DNA of 64,000 nt from Oikopleura dioica (GCA_907165135.1 OU015568.1:17028477-17092476); one strand, 5' to 3'; positions 23,501 to 35,167 are shown, numbered from the stretch's first letter. A program made the numbers and translations. Notes: generated by a model from the sequence alone, not told the origin.

Positions 23501-26500
23501 TGGACATTGAGGAGGCCCATAATTGGTCGGCCATGACTGTGATCCGTCTGGACAGGTGCATCCGTCGTTAATTTCATCATAAACCATATTATTTGGGCAG
23601 CACATGGGACCATTTTTTCCTTCGTACATTGTATCGAAAGATCCACAATATGGACACAAATGTGTGTCTGGGTCTGGCGAAATTCCTGCATCCAAGAACA
23701 TTCCTGGCGGGTTGCAAATGCATTTCTCGCGATCTTGGTCGTAAAATGAGTTAGCTGGGCAGCAAAGAAGCTCTGGCGTATTTTTGGCGAAATTGAAGAG
23801 CCATGGACAGTCCCCGTTGCATTGGCCGTCTCCGAATGGGTATTGTCCATCAGAGCAGACGCAACCCATTTGATTGTCACTCCAGTGCTGATTCGCTGGA
23901 CAACATTGGATATTATCATACATATCGGTGAAGGAAGTTAAGCCATCGGGACATGGCGGACAGACGTAGTTTTCCATGTCAGCTTCGATTCCGTTTTCGC
24001 ACATGCAGATACCGTTCATGTTGTTGAAGCCGGTGAAACCATCGTTTGGACAGCAAATGACTCCGAATTCATTCGACTGGTACGTAGTTCCCGGTGGACA
24101 ATCACCATTGCATTCGCCATTAGCGCCGGGAGGGTCTCCGTTCTTACAAACGCAAGATTGTCCGTCGAATTGATGATTCTGACCGCAGCAGTGGATGTTC
24201 TTTCCGTTGTCGTAGTGGACAGTCATAGATTGAGGACAAATCCCACAAGTCGATTCACCGTTAACTATTTGTGGCTCCATATTAATGTAGTTCCCATTTT
24301 GGCAAATACATTTTTTCAGGTCATTGTCATAATCGGATCCGATAGGACAGCACTCTCTCTCTGGAGCTGGGCCGGCAAGATACCAACCAGCAGGACAGTC
24401 GCCATCACATCCCGTCCATCCGTGCGGCATCGATCCATCTGAACACTGACATCCGGCAAAATTGAAATATCTTCTGTTTTCTGGGCAGCAAGTTGTGTCG
24501 TCGTGATTCATCCAAAAGGGAACTTCATTTTGAGCGCAGCCGGTGCAAGAGTTCATTGATGTGGCTTCGTTACCACTGTTTGTGCAGAAGCAAACCAACG
24601 CAGGACTATTATACTGAAGCTCAGATCCAACAGGACAGCATGATTTAACGTTTTTGTAAATCGGGATTCCAGGTTTCCGATAGATAGAAGCCAGGATCGC
24701 ATTCACCGTAGCACTCTCCCCGAGGACCAGGCGGTTGTCCGTCTTGGCACAAGCAAACACTTCCTCCGAAGCTGTACTGACCTTCAGGACAGCAGATTGG
24801 TTCCGAACTACCAGGACTAACGAAAGGAACCAACTCTGACGAGCAGTAGTAACAGCCGCGTTCAGGATGAGGTGTATCTCCTGCATTCGGTTCCGGGCCA
24901 GTTCCACCATTCCATCCATAGTCGCATCTGCATCGTTGTTCACAAGGGCTGTTGTCAAACCACGAGCCAACGGGACAGCAAAGACTGTCACCGTCAAGAC
25001 TGTAGCCATAAAGATATTCTCCAGTAGGGCAATCTCCTGGGCAACCGTAGCCTTGGTCTTCCGCTCCATTTGGACAGGCACACTTTTGCATGATGTCACT
25101 CCACACGTGATTTTTTGGGCAACAAACTTCTACGCCGTTGTCTTTCTTTTGTTTGTGATGATTTGTTGCGCAAAATGGGCAGTTGCCGTCAACATCTGGT
25201 GCGGTCGGGGGAGAGAGGTTATCGCAAGCGCAGCCGACAAAGCCGTTGTTGTCAACGAAAGATGTTCCAGGAGGGCAGCAAGTGATTTCAGGATACAATG
25301 AGCCGAGAGTTGTTCCAGCTGGACAGTCTCCAGGACATTCGTTAGTGAACATGTCTGGCTTGTTGACCCCATCCTGGCAGAAACAAGTCCCAAGAGTCTC
25401 GTTGTACGTTGATTGCCCAGGGCAGCACTCGATTCCGTTGAAGACTTCGAATTCTCGGAAACCAGGGGGACAAACAGAACATTTTCCGATGCTTTTATAG
25501 GGTTGAAAATCTAAAGACGACTAGCGAAGAATGAAAAAAGAAATGTTAATTGATCATGTTATCATTTTTTTAAATAAAGACAACCGTAGCTTGAATCGAC
25601 TGTTTGCCAGTTTCCGAACTGATCCGGGCATTGAACTTGATCTCGGCAGGTGTTGGGGTCCCAATGGTATGACGCACCCTGGGGAAGACAGAACCAGCCT
25701 TCATCTTCTGACCAGTAGAGCTTTGTCCAATATGGACTCTTTGGGCAGTCCCCGGGACATTCGTTTGGCTCAAGACCATTCGCACCAGGAATTGTTAAAT
25801 CTTGACAAATGCACATTGAGAGTTTAGTGCTCCAAACTGTGTTGTGTGGGCAGCATTCTGTTCCGCTATTTTCCGTGTTCCAGAGACTACTCCCTTATTT
25901 ATGGTTTTCAGAATTCACGGTGTGCATTTACAATGTATCAAGCTATGATTCGTGAAAAACCATGCCTTTAGGACATTCCTTGCAAAATCCATCTTCATCA
26001 ACTTCTTGCCCGCCGCACATGCATGAGTGTGACTTTGAGTCGTAATACGCATTTTGGTGACAGCAAGTGATCGGATCGCTCAGAACTTGAACGAAATCAA
26101 TTGGGCAGTTGTTTCGAGGAGTTGCATCAGCCTCGGCAACTTCTGGCTCTGATTCGGGCTTGGTTAGACATCCTTTTTGATTTCCAATAGCTTGGCGAGT
26201 TCAAATAAATAAGATTGATTTTTAGAAAATGATTAAGGAAAACTGGCTTTTGATAAATTTATAAGACGTTTTTTTTTCTTCAAAATTCAAATTAAAATAT
26301 TCTCAAACGTTTGTGTTTGATTTGAACCTTTCATGAGATGCTGCTAGGATCACATTCACAGCATCCATTCGAGCCACATCTCAGTCCAGGTTGAAACGAC
26401 TCGCAGGATGCATCATCGCTGCAAGTTCCGAAGTAGCAGCTCTTAATTTACTCGTCTATATTTTTTCGCGATCATTTATTTAGCTATCTACCTCTCCGTC

Positions 26501-26860
26501 GCTCCCAGCTCCAGCTTTTTCCTCGCAACCGTCCATAGGATCGTTGTTTTTATCGACGAAGCCATCGGCACAGACACACTTATTTATCGAGAGATCACAA
26601 GTGAGTCGGGCTGCTCTACTGTCCTCAAAGCCCGGCTTCTGAGCAATCTTCCATATGGAACAGGCCTTGTCTGACTCGCAAGCAAGAACTGGCCAATAGT
26701 CGCCGTCGTCGGTGAAGAATCCTACGCCAGGTGACCCGGCAAGGGCAGCAGGGAGGAAAAGCGCAGACAGCTAAATTAATCGTTACATGATTTTTGAAAA
26801 ATCTCTGGCGATTCTCTTTATCTTGAATATAAATAAAATAAACTCAGAAAATACCTTCAT
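14591..26860 (-). CDS. Giant secreted cysteine-rich repeat protein (~3,100 aa when reassembled), interrupted by a nested transposon insertion
   Basis: Starts MK|LSALFLPAALA (signal-peptide-like; ATG at 26860). Introns 26854-26771, 26491-~26448, GA-AG 26332-26191, GC-AG 25965-25894, and one more ending at 25511. ORFs 24645-25352, 21455-24640, 20643-21515 and 14591-18148 share a CCP..CxC..DG..P..C.G.C repeat. Removing 18157-20662 plus one TSD restores CCKINHQYSLEIDDCRC in frame. Two 1-nt homopolymer frameshifts (24651-24655, 21469-21473). Confidence 0.85.
18728..19955. mobile_element. TTAA-flanked TIR element (Kolobok-like by TTAA TSD and 5'-GG terminus), nested in the foldback element
   Basis: TTAA at 18724-18727 and 19956-19959. 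TIR GGCTATAACGTCTCTTTTGGCCTCTCTGGAAAACG.ACTTCCCTTGGTCGATTTCAAAAATT at both ends. Confidence 0.8.
19019..19474. mobile_element. hAT-type MITE (456 bp) nested in the TTAA element
   Basis: TIR CAGGGCTGGCAAATTAGGGTCC; 8-bp TSD TTCTAGGG at 19011-19018 and 19475-19482. Confidence 0.9.
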
Positions 26861-28359
26861 CTCTTCGCCTACAAAAGATGAACCAAGCGGTCGGTTTTAA
26901 AGGCAGCCTGTCAGGATTTATTCGATATTTGTCAGAAGGCCGCATTTAGTCAAAAACAAAGTCATGAAGAAGGTGGGGCCGTCTGGCCTGTTGAGAAAAT
27001 CTGGGAATATCAAATTCAGCGCTGCCAAGTTATGACAAGTCAAAATAACTCGGGCAAGAAAATTCATCAACGAAAGTTTAGAGGTTGAATCGGAATGATT
27101 TTCTTCCATACGATTTGTTTATTATGCGAGCTAGAATAATATATTTTTATAACATTCGATTGAAGGATTTATATTTATGAAAATAAACAGGAAGATTTCT
27201 GAAAATGCACTTCAGCAGAATTTATTAATTGATAATCGAAATCAGCTGTCGAACACCCTCGATTGATTCAGCGATTCCAACAGCGCTTTGAAGAGTTACG
27301 CTGGAAATCTTCAGTATGGATTCAATCGTTTCAATTACTTAAAATAATTCAATTTAGTGAATTTCTTTTAAAATCTTACCTGCGTTTGCTTGTTCTTCAA
27401 GAATTCTCACAAGAATTTTACCAATCGAGGCCAAAAAGCCAGCGCTTTTGTCCATCGCCCACTTTTTAAAATCTTCTTTCGTTTTTAGAGACTTTTAAAA
27501 TTTCATTTTTAATAAAATTTTTCCTTCCTACTTTTGGAGAATAATCAATCAAATCAGGGATGAACTCAGCGATATTTCTGGAAGTAGTTTCGTTGAAGAA
27601 AATTCCCGTTAATTCCATTAGCTTGTAATCAAACTTGTAATTTGGTGGCAGAGACGCTTAAAAACTCGCTTTCTTTATAAATTATGAATTATTACCTTCC
27701 GAAAGAACGCCGTAAAAATGAATTTCAAACCCAAAGACGATATTTGCTACTTTCGCCCATTTAGCAATTAACTCTGCTTCTCCCCTCGCAGATTCTGGAA
27801 GCAGTTTTGCAAGACTTTCAAGAGTTCCAACGACGCTGTCTGTTAGGTACTCCTTGACTTCTATCTGCCGCATGAGTATTTGATATGTTTCGGAGAAGAT
27901 TTGAAGATTACCAGAAGAATTGCTAGAAATTTAAGTTTGATGCGAAAATAAGAAAATATTTACGAAGAAACATGAACAAAGTACTCGAGCATCTTCGTGA
28001 GAGGCTCGATCAAAGCGTCGACTGCATCAGTAACTGAGTTGGCCGGGATTTGAAGCAGTTCGAAAAATGCAGGTCTAAACATTTGTATTCTTTGATTTCC
28101 AGCATTTCTACTTGCCCAATAATAAGATTGACTCTTTCCAAGAGACTGTCAACTTCTAGGGATGCTCGATAATCTTCAAAAATAAACTCTTTGAGCGATT
28201 TGCAGAAGTCATTTTTGCATTCATCGCCTGAAAGCTCAACAAATCAATCTCTTTTTTTAGCGACAAGTTTTACCTTCGAAGAGTTTCAGCAGCTCATCTA
28301 AATGTTCAAAAATCTTTTCAACCGATCTTTTGTTTGCTTTAGCAGCTTCAGCTACCGCG

Positions 28360-28386
28360 AAAAAAAAAAAAAAAAAAAAAAAAAAA
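28360..28386. repeat. A27 homopolymer (T27 on the coding strand) inside an exon
   Basis: Breaks KAL(F)n|AVAEAAKANK out of frame. Confidence 0.9.
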
Positions 28387-29088
28387 TAGCGCTTTTCTTG
28401 TTGCTTCACCGATAGCTGTCAAAAATTTTGCTTCCTCGAGATTTTCGGTCGACAGCGAAGCCGCAGATTCAGCGATCCATTGAACTGTGCTCATGTAGAT
28501 TTCCGCAGCTTTTTTACTTATTTTTCCGGCAAGTTCAGTTGATTTTTCTTGATGAAAAAGCCCGATTTCAGCCAGTTCTTTTGCGTCATCAAAAAGCTCA
28601 AATGCTGGGTCGACAACAGTACTTTTGATTTTTTTCAGATTCAAATTTAATCCGATCAGCTCGGCCATGTTATTGTTCAAGAAGAGGTCCAAAACGGCCT
28701 GCAGAGCGGATTTCACAACGAAATCTTTCGCTTTGTCCCAATTATGAATACACTTTAATTCAGTTTCACTTCCGTCTTAAGGATTCTTCCTACAAATGTA
28801 TTCACTTTTCCTTGTTCTTGGAGCTCCCGTAGGAATGGAACGATTTCGTATTGAACGAAGTCTTCTATGTTTTCATCATTAATGAATGATGCTAGAAATT
28901 TCAAGTTTTAATTAATTTTTTCAATAAATAATCACCTCCGAAATCAACGATAGCGATGGCGATAGTGATCAAGTCCTCAGTCTGAAGTTGGTCAGCCGAT
29001 TCGATCGACGCAAAAACTTGCCAAATCGAAATTATTGAGTCTGATTGAGAAATAAACTTGATCGGCGACTGAGCGATTTCATCAAGAG

Positions 29089-30364
29089 CAGGGCTCTAAA
29101 TAGACTAGTCCGGGCTCGGACTTAGTCCGAAGTCCGTCCGGTCTAGTCCGGCCGGACGGACCAGACTTCTGATTTTTGGCTGAGAAAATTTTCGGACTAG
29201 ACCAGACCAGACTTGCCTTTTTCGCCGGACTTAGTCCGAAAAAGTCCGAAAAGTCCGAAAAGCTGGACCACTTTCAGACTTATGTTTTAGTCCGAAAAGT
29301 CCGAGAAGTCCGAGAAAGTCCGAGAAGACTTGACCACTTCCAGACTACTTACAGACTTATTTTCAGACCAATTAAGTCCGAAAAAGTCCGAAAAGTCTTC
29401 ATTTTTCTAAGTGAAACCCTTAAGATAACATCATACACTTGATGCGGTCCCCTTGAAAAGGGTCTTAGCTTAATTTTCATCATAAAAATATTGATCAGTT
29501 AAGGTGATCATAATGATATAAATGATTGAAAAATATTTTCACTTTAACTTATCGTTGTGACACCCTTAAGAGGGAGGGGGTCGAAATTATTCTGCATGCA
29601 GAACTATTCTGCAAAAAATAGAACTATTCTGCAAAAAGTAGAACTATTCCGCGTTTCGCAGAACTATTCTGCAATTGTAGAACTATTCTGCAAAATACAG
29701 AACTATTCTGCACAAGTGCAGAACTATTCTGCATTGTGTTGAAAAGAAGATCTTCATTTAGAGACAAAATTTCACTGTTTGGAAGCACGCTGCGGGCCTA
29801 CGGCCCTTGCGCGCAAATTCTGGTAGGGAACTCATTTCTGAAGGTGGCCAACTTTCTCTACTCTCGCGCCTCCTTTGATAAAAGTCGTTTTTCTTATATG
29901 CAGAACTATTCTGCATGCAGAATAGTTTCGAAGGTTTCCCCTTAAGAGGCCTGTGAGTTTGTTTTCCTTCTAGTGCCCTAGCAACTGTCGAGCTACGAAA
30001 GAATCAAAAATATCTCAAAAATCTTAAGGGGATCAACCCGATATCCGTTTTTGAAAAAGTCATTATCAATTGACGGAGGGGTCCTTAACCTTATCGACAA
30101 TATTTCGAAATTTATTCAAATTTTTTATCGAAAATTTTTCGAAAAATTTTCGGATTTTTCGGACTAGACCGGACTAGACCGGATTTTTGGCTTTTTCTCG
30201 GACCAGACTTTTTCGGACTTTTTCGGACTTTTCCCGGACTAGACCAGACTTAAAGTCCGAGTTTTCCAATTCGGACCAGACCAGACCAGACTTGTAAATT
30301 TCGCCCAAGTGCCCGGACCTGGACAGACCGGACTTTTGATTTTCGCCTCAGATTTAGAGCCCTG
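29089..30364. mobile_element. Non-autonomous hAT element (1,276 bp) with subterminal AGTCCG/GGACTAGACC repeats
   Basis: TIR CAGGGCTCTAAAT; 8-bp TSD ATCAAGAG at 29081-29088 and 30365-30372. Confidence 0.9.
29570..29941. mobile_element. TTAA-flanked MITE nested in the hAT element, carrying a 20-bp-period AGAACTATTCTGC array
   Basis: TTAA at 29566-29569 and 29942-29945. Imperfect TIR core TCGAAA.TATTCTGCATGCAGAA. Motif copies at 29600, 29620, 29640, 29660, 29679, 29699 and 29720. Confidence 0.6.
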
Positions 30365-31263
30365 ATCAAGAGCTGGGTTGTCCTCCATTTTCTCCAAGAA
30401 ATTCGCAAGAGTTTCAACCGCAAAAAGAGCCAAAGCCCCACCATCATCTTGTAGGTTTACATTCTGATAGGACCCGAAATCTTCTTTGAATCCAGTTAAA
30501 GTTTCTTAACCCAAAATCAAACCAGCAATTCATTTCAAAAATGGACCTTGTACCCATTCAACAGTAGGTAAAATCCAGAGGTCAGAAAAATCATCCAAGT
30601 CAAAATCAATGTCCTTCAAAAACGCTTCCTGAAAGGACAGTAAGACAAAAGCCAGTTTCGCACGAAAAAGATGCTCAATCGAGACAGTATTTCAAATACC
30701 TGTAACAAAGGGTCAGTCACTAAATCGTCAACAAGTTTTGTGACGTCTATCTTTTCCGATTCTTGTTCCACTGCTTCAGTTATCAGCGGAAACGCGACGT
30801 CCATCACATAGTCCAGTACTTTCTTTTTATCCAGTTTTTCTAACAGTAAATTTTTACACGAAATATTTTTCAGATAAACCTAGATATTCATTGACCGCCG
30901 AGTTATTTCCGTTTTTAAGACTGTTGAGCAGCGTGTCATAAATCAAGCAGGGAATAGAAACGATCGTGCAAGTGTACGCAGAACTCGAATTTGCCAAAAG
31001 GCGAAGAAAATTAATCGCAGAATCCATTTCTCTCGCATGTTCGAATCTGATTCTCGTGAAATGCGAATCCAAAGTACGAGGAGTTGTTAAGACAATTGTA
31101 GGATTTCAATATGGAGCTTAACAATGACTGGAGTGATTACAGAACCATCACTCCGGATGCTCGTCAGGAGTATTGTCCGACTTTGGGAGTCTGACGTTTG
31201 AGAGAAGTTTCGAAACGGAGAATATATTCTTCTCTCAACGATGCGCCTTGATAATGTTCTTAA

Positions 31264-31906
31264 GGGGTGGTGGTCAAGAAATTTTTTCGACTTTTTAAAA
31301 TTTTGATACTATTTTTAGATTCCTTGATAAAAAGGAGCATTTTTGGTCCCTAGCTTTTTGATTGGACCAACTTTCTTTAAGAAAATTTTCGATTTTATGC
31401 TATAAAATCGCCATTTTCGGCGATTTTGAAACGCGTTTTTCGCACTAAAACCAACTCAAAATTTATATTTTATTGCTAAATAATGTTAATTAATCATATT
31501 TTAATTATTATAATTTAAAAAATTACGATTATTGTGATGTTTTCCAAAATTTCATTAAAAAATGAGTGAAAATGAAGATTTTTCAGAAAACAAGATGTTT
31601 TCATTCAATTACTAGTTTCTTTTCTAACAAGGTGAACTTTGTTAAACTAAGCCGCCCACACGCTTAAGGGTTCAAACTTTCCCCGGTTAATTTTATTTTG
31701 AAAAAATGATAAGGGGATAGAGTTTTTAGGTCAAGAGATGGGTCTACTCTGAAGGAATTTTTCACCATTTTTTCGAAAAAATTTTTTCAAACATAGCCGC
31801 CCACATAAATTGGACTTATTTTTGACTTATTTTCAATTAGAGAAAAAAATTTTTTGAAAAATTGGAGTTTTTAGGTTGAAAAAGTCTTAGTCTCGACCAC
31901 CACCCC
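31264..31906. mobile_element. TTAA-flanked TIR MITE (Kolobok-like, 643 bp)
   Basis: TIR GGGGTGGTGGTC(A/G)AGA; TTAA at 31260-31263 and 31907-31910. Confidence 0.8.
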
Positions 31907-32124
31907 TTAAAGCCCGACTTATGAAAATTTTAAAAGTGTAGATGAAAGAGCATAAAAAGATTAGTTAGTGCACAAAAATCACGATAATCGAAATAATTAA
32001 ACCAGCTGAATAGTGAGAGTGAAAAAGAGCGAGAAGCGCGTGCGGACCTCGGTCGGCGGGGTAGAGTAGGATCCTTGCGCGCGCCCCTTTGACGCTATTT
32101 CTCATCCTCAGAGAATCTGATGGG

Positions 32125-32676
32125 ATGATTATGCACCAAAATTTCTTCTTGAAAGGTATACTCAAATTTTACAGGCTTTCTTCTCGTACAATTCATTTTC
32201 TCACTTATCTGGTTGAGCTGCAATTTACTCTCAATATTTTTCTTTCTTTTGCTATCTCCTCCTAGATTATGATAAACAGGTCATTGTCACTGGTACTGTT
32301 GGAAAGGATTTTCATAGGACTTTAATAAATGGCTAAAAGATTTTCAAATTTCCGCCTCAGTCACTAATTAGGTCCATAAATGACCTATTTATAGGGCGCG
32401 CGGCGCACTCCGGGATTAAAAATCGATCATGATTCGCGAGCGAGGTGGAAATTTGAAAATCTTTTAGCCATTTATTAAAGTCCTATGAAAATCCTTTCCA
32501 ACAGTACCAGTGACAATGACCTGTTTATCATAATCTAGGAGGAGATAGCAAAAGAAAGAAAAATATTGAGAGTAAATTGCAGCTCAACCAGATAAGTGAG
32601 AAAAATGAATTGTACGAGAAGAAAGCCTGTAAAATTTGAGTATACCTTTCAAGAAGAAATTTTGGTGCATAATCAT
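32125..32676. repeat. Long near-perfect inverted repeat: ~234-bp arms (32125-32358, 32442-32676) around an 83-bp GC-rich spacer
   Basis: The arms are reverse complements; I saw one 1-nt indel and one substitution. No TSD found. Confidence 0.9.
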
Positions 32677-33613
32677 TATTATAATTTATCGAGATTTTTG
32701 GGCCGTACTAAACGGCCGGTGGACATTTTCCAGGTGAGTGATTGAATTTAGCTGAAATTTATTTTCTGGGTTGATTTGAATTTCAAATTTTGTGTTTCAC
32801 AAACGCGCGAAGCAAACAAATACAGACAGCTGTTTTTGGAGGCTCCATTAGGTTTTGAAGAGAAGAAATTTTCACACAATTTCGCGGCCTCGCAAATTTT
32901 ATAGAGCTTTGACGATCGGTTTTGGGCGTACTCAAACAGCTTGAACCCGTAAAAGGGATTTCCTCTTGATTTCCGGAACACGATGAATCGTTTATCAAGG
33001 AAAAAATCTACAATTACAGTAATTTAACGAAGAAAGCCACACCTGCATCTTTGAAAAATATTCACGTTTCGGCGGACAAGCCAATTTTGCTCGGCTCATT
33101 GAATCAGAATTACATTCAAGGAAAAGGGGATTTTTCTTTGAACCTATTTATCTCGCCTTTGTTTTGGCTCTTTGACGGATGAGGCGACTGAATAGCCGCG
33201 GCTTAGCCCCAATTTTCATCCCTCTTTTTGTCGAAAATTGACGTCAAATGAAACAATTGGTTTCGAGCTGCGCGCGGAAATTAAACTCGTGGCGCACGCA
33301 CGTGCCTTGCTCAGAGGAGAAGGCTGACTTGTTTTCAAATTTGAAAGATTCAGAGGAGTTCTAGAGCCTCTCTGGGCGATATTTGAGCACGTGGGGGATG
33401 ATAAGCTTCCGTAAAATAATATTCTGAAGAAGGGCAACTCTAAAAAGGCAATCCGCAGAATTTTCTCGTGATATTCAGCCAATTTTTAAATTGATTTTTA
33501 AACTGATTGTCAATTAGGATAAAAGACAACATTTAATGATATTTGTTGCTATTTCAAAACATTTCTGGAAATTAAGGACATTCAGACATCCAAATACATT
33601 GGGGAACATTAAG

Positions 33614-33886
33614 GGGTGGCGGGCGCTGAGGTTATGCCATAACCAGGTTATGCATTTTCATGGATTTTGCATAACCTGGTTATGCATTCTCGATTTAAAT
33701 TGGAGCAATTTGAGGCTAAATTGGTTCCAAAAGACTTAAAAACGATGTTTTCTCTAAGATCAGGCGCGAAGCGCACTTGAACTATCTGTTACATATCAAT
33801 TAATATGATTTTTATTAAGAGTGCATAACCTGGTTATGCATTTGCATAACCTGGTTATGCATGCATAACCTCAGCGCCATACACCC
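33614..33886. mobile_element. 273-bp MITE with 8-bp TSD and GGG terminus (Merlin- or hAT-like), with internal GCATAACCTGGTTATGC palindromes
   Basis: TSD ACATTAAG at 33606-33613 and 33887-33894. TIR GGGTG...GGCGCTGAGGTTATGC. Confidence 0.75.
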
Positions 33887-34404
33887 ACATTAAGGAACAT
33901 GAAAGGACATCTCATGTCACATTTAAGAGCTTTCAGAAACATTCAGCGACATCGGGACATTTTTGTACAATTCACAACCGTTCCAAAATTATGCAAACGA
34001 ATCTTGACCTCTGAAGCTCTTTAGAGCTCCCTTTGTTTTCACTAATTGAGCCTCTTACTTTCGAATCTTGGAATTTCATTCCCACTCACCCACTCGAAAC
34101 AAACCCTCCATTAGAGGATAATTCGCGCTTCTTTCCGCGTCGGCCCCGTGTTTGATCCTTTTAACCGTATCGATTTGTTTACACTAAGACATGGGATGCA
34201 AAACATCGCCTTATACATTTTCCAACAAATATCCGAAAATCTACGCTGGTCGGTCGCCGTTTTTGATCAGTTTGGTTGGAAGAAGCGGCGACTGCTCGAG
34301 TTAATCCCTTTGAGCGCAGCCAACTGGATCAAGTGTATACTCCAGTTATCGGCGAAATGTAAGATTTCCGAAGAAACTCCTGCTTTCTTTGCTCGGTTAC
34401 TTGT

Positions 34405-34490
34405 GTAGAAAACCTGAGTCCGGGTCTGAAAGATCTTTGATGAAAAGTCGCGTGAAAAAAATCTTTTAGACCCTGACTCAGGTTTTCTAC
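34405..34490. mobile_element. Copy of a dispersed MITE family with TIR core AGAAAACCTGAGTCAGGGT
   Basis: Inverted pair at 34405-34427 and 34468-34490. Confidence 0.65.
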
Positions 34491-35167
34491 AGAGGTTTCT
34501 CAGAAAGAGAAATGTTTTTGGCGTCTTGCCGCATGAATTCCAGTACTTTTGATAATTTCTTTATCTCGGTCAAAAGCCGTAGCTCTTATTTTTGATTTCC
34601 ACTCAAAGTCGTCGCTGTAAAACCGTCAGATCTGATGCCACGGTGAATTATCTGTATATGCGTTTGTTTACAAGTACTCTTTTCTATTTTTCGCGTTGCT
34701 CTGATGCGCGCCAACTGAGCATAAAATTGGCCTCTGATTCTATTTTTCGAGAAGAGAACAAGGCAAACTCCGGTTCACGCATCATAAACCGTCTACTAAA
34801 TGAGCATGCTTTGATGTTCAAAGAAGGGCTGACGATTTGTCTATTCTCAGACAAATTAAGATGCCAAAAGGCTCGCAATTTGCATAAAATTAAACAACAT
34901 GATGATTAATTGTTTTTGGTATATTTGGTTGTATAAATAAGAATCTGCTGTTGAAGTTTCTTTCGGACAGGTTGGTGGGGCTACAGTAGTTTACATAAAT
35001 ACAGGAAATTTACATAAGATCAGTGTTTGTGTTGGAAAGAAAAAATGTGGGCTGTATCTGCTCCTTGTGTTTTTACATGTTGAATTTGCATACATCGGAA
35101 GGACTTTCCTGGGCAGATGAATTGGGAACTAAATGAAGCTATTTTTCTGGCTGAAGTACTCATTTCT

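Larger units (their letters stand above)
26918..31200 (-). pseudogene. Unknown multi-exon, predicted helical protein gene disrupted by a hAT insertion, a poly-T expansion and a further frameshift
   Basis: Short ORFs 30854-31072, 30616-30807, 30239-30433, 28348-28716, 27682-27873 and 26918-27109 are separated by short introns. Removing 29089-30364 restores MEDNPALDEIAQSPIKF. No family recognised; the 5' end is uncertain. Confidence 0.55.

Noticed and set aside
24700-25099. N-terminus of the 1214-aa ORF, and ORF 14605-15573
   Set aside because: Alternative-frame shadows; the Cys repeat runs in the other frame there.
26331-26333. Apparent TGA nonsense codon in the Cys-rich gene
   Set aside because: It overlaps a T|GAAAG donor; a GA-AG intron 26332-26191 restores the frame.
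28360-28386. Nuclear analogue of larvacean mitochondrial poly-T insertions edited back to six U
   Set aside because: Six T would not restore the frame (2, 5, 8... are needed), and it is a single instance in an already disrupted nuclear gene.
29600-29732. Repeat-spacer array resembling a CRISPR
   Set aside because: Repeats are 13 bp and spacers 6-8 bp, there are no cas genes, the context is eukaryotic, and the array lies inside a MITE.
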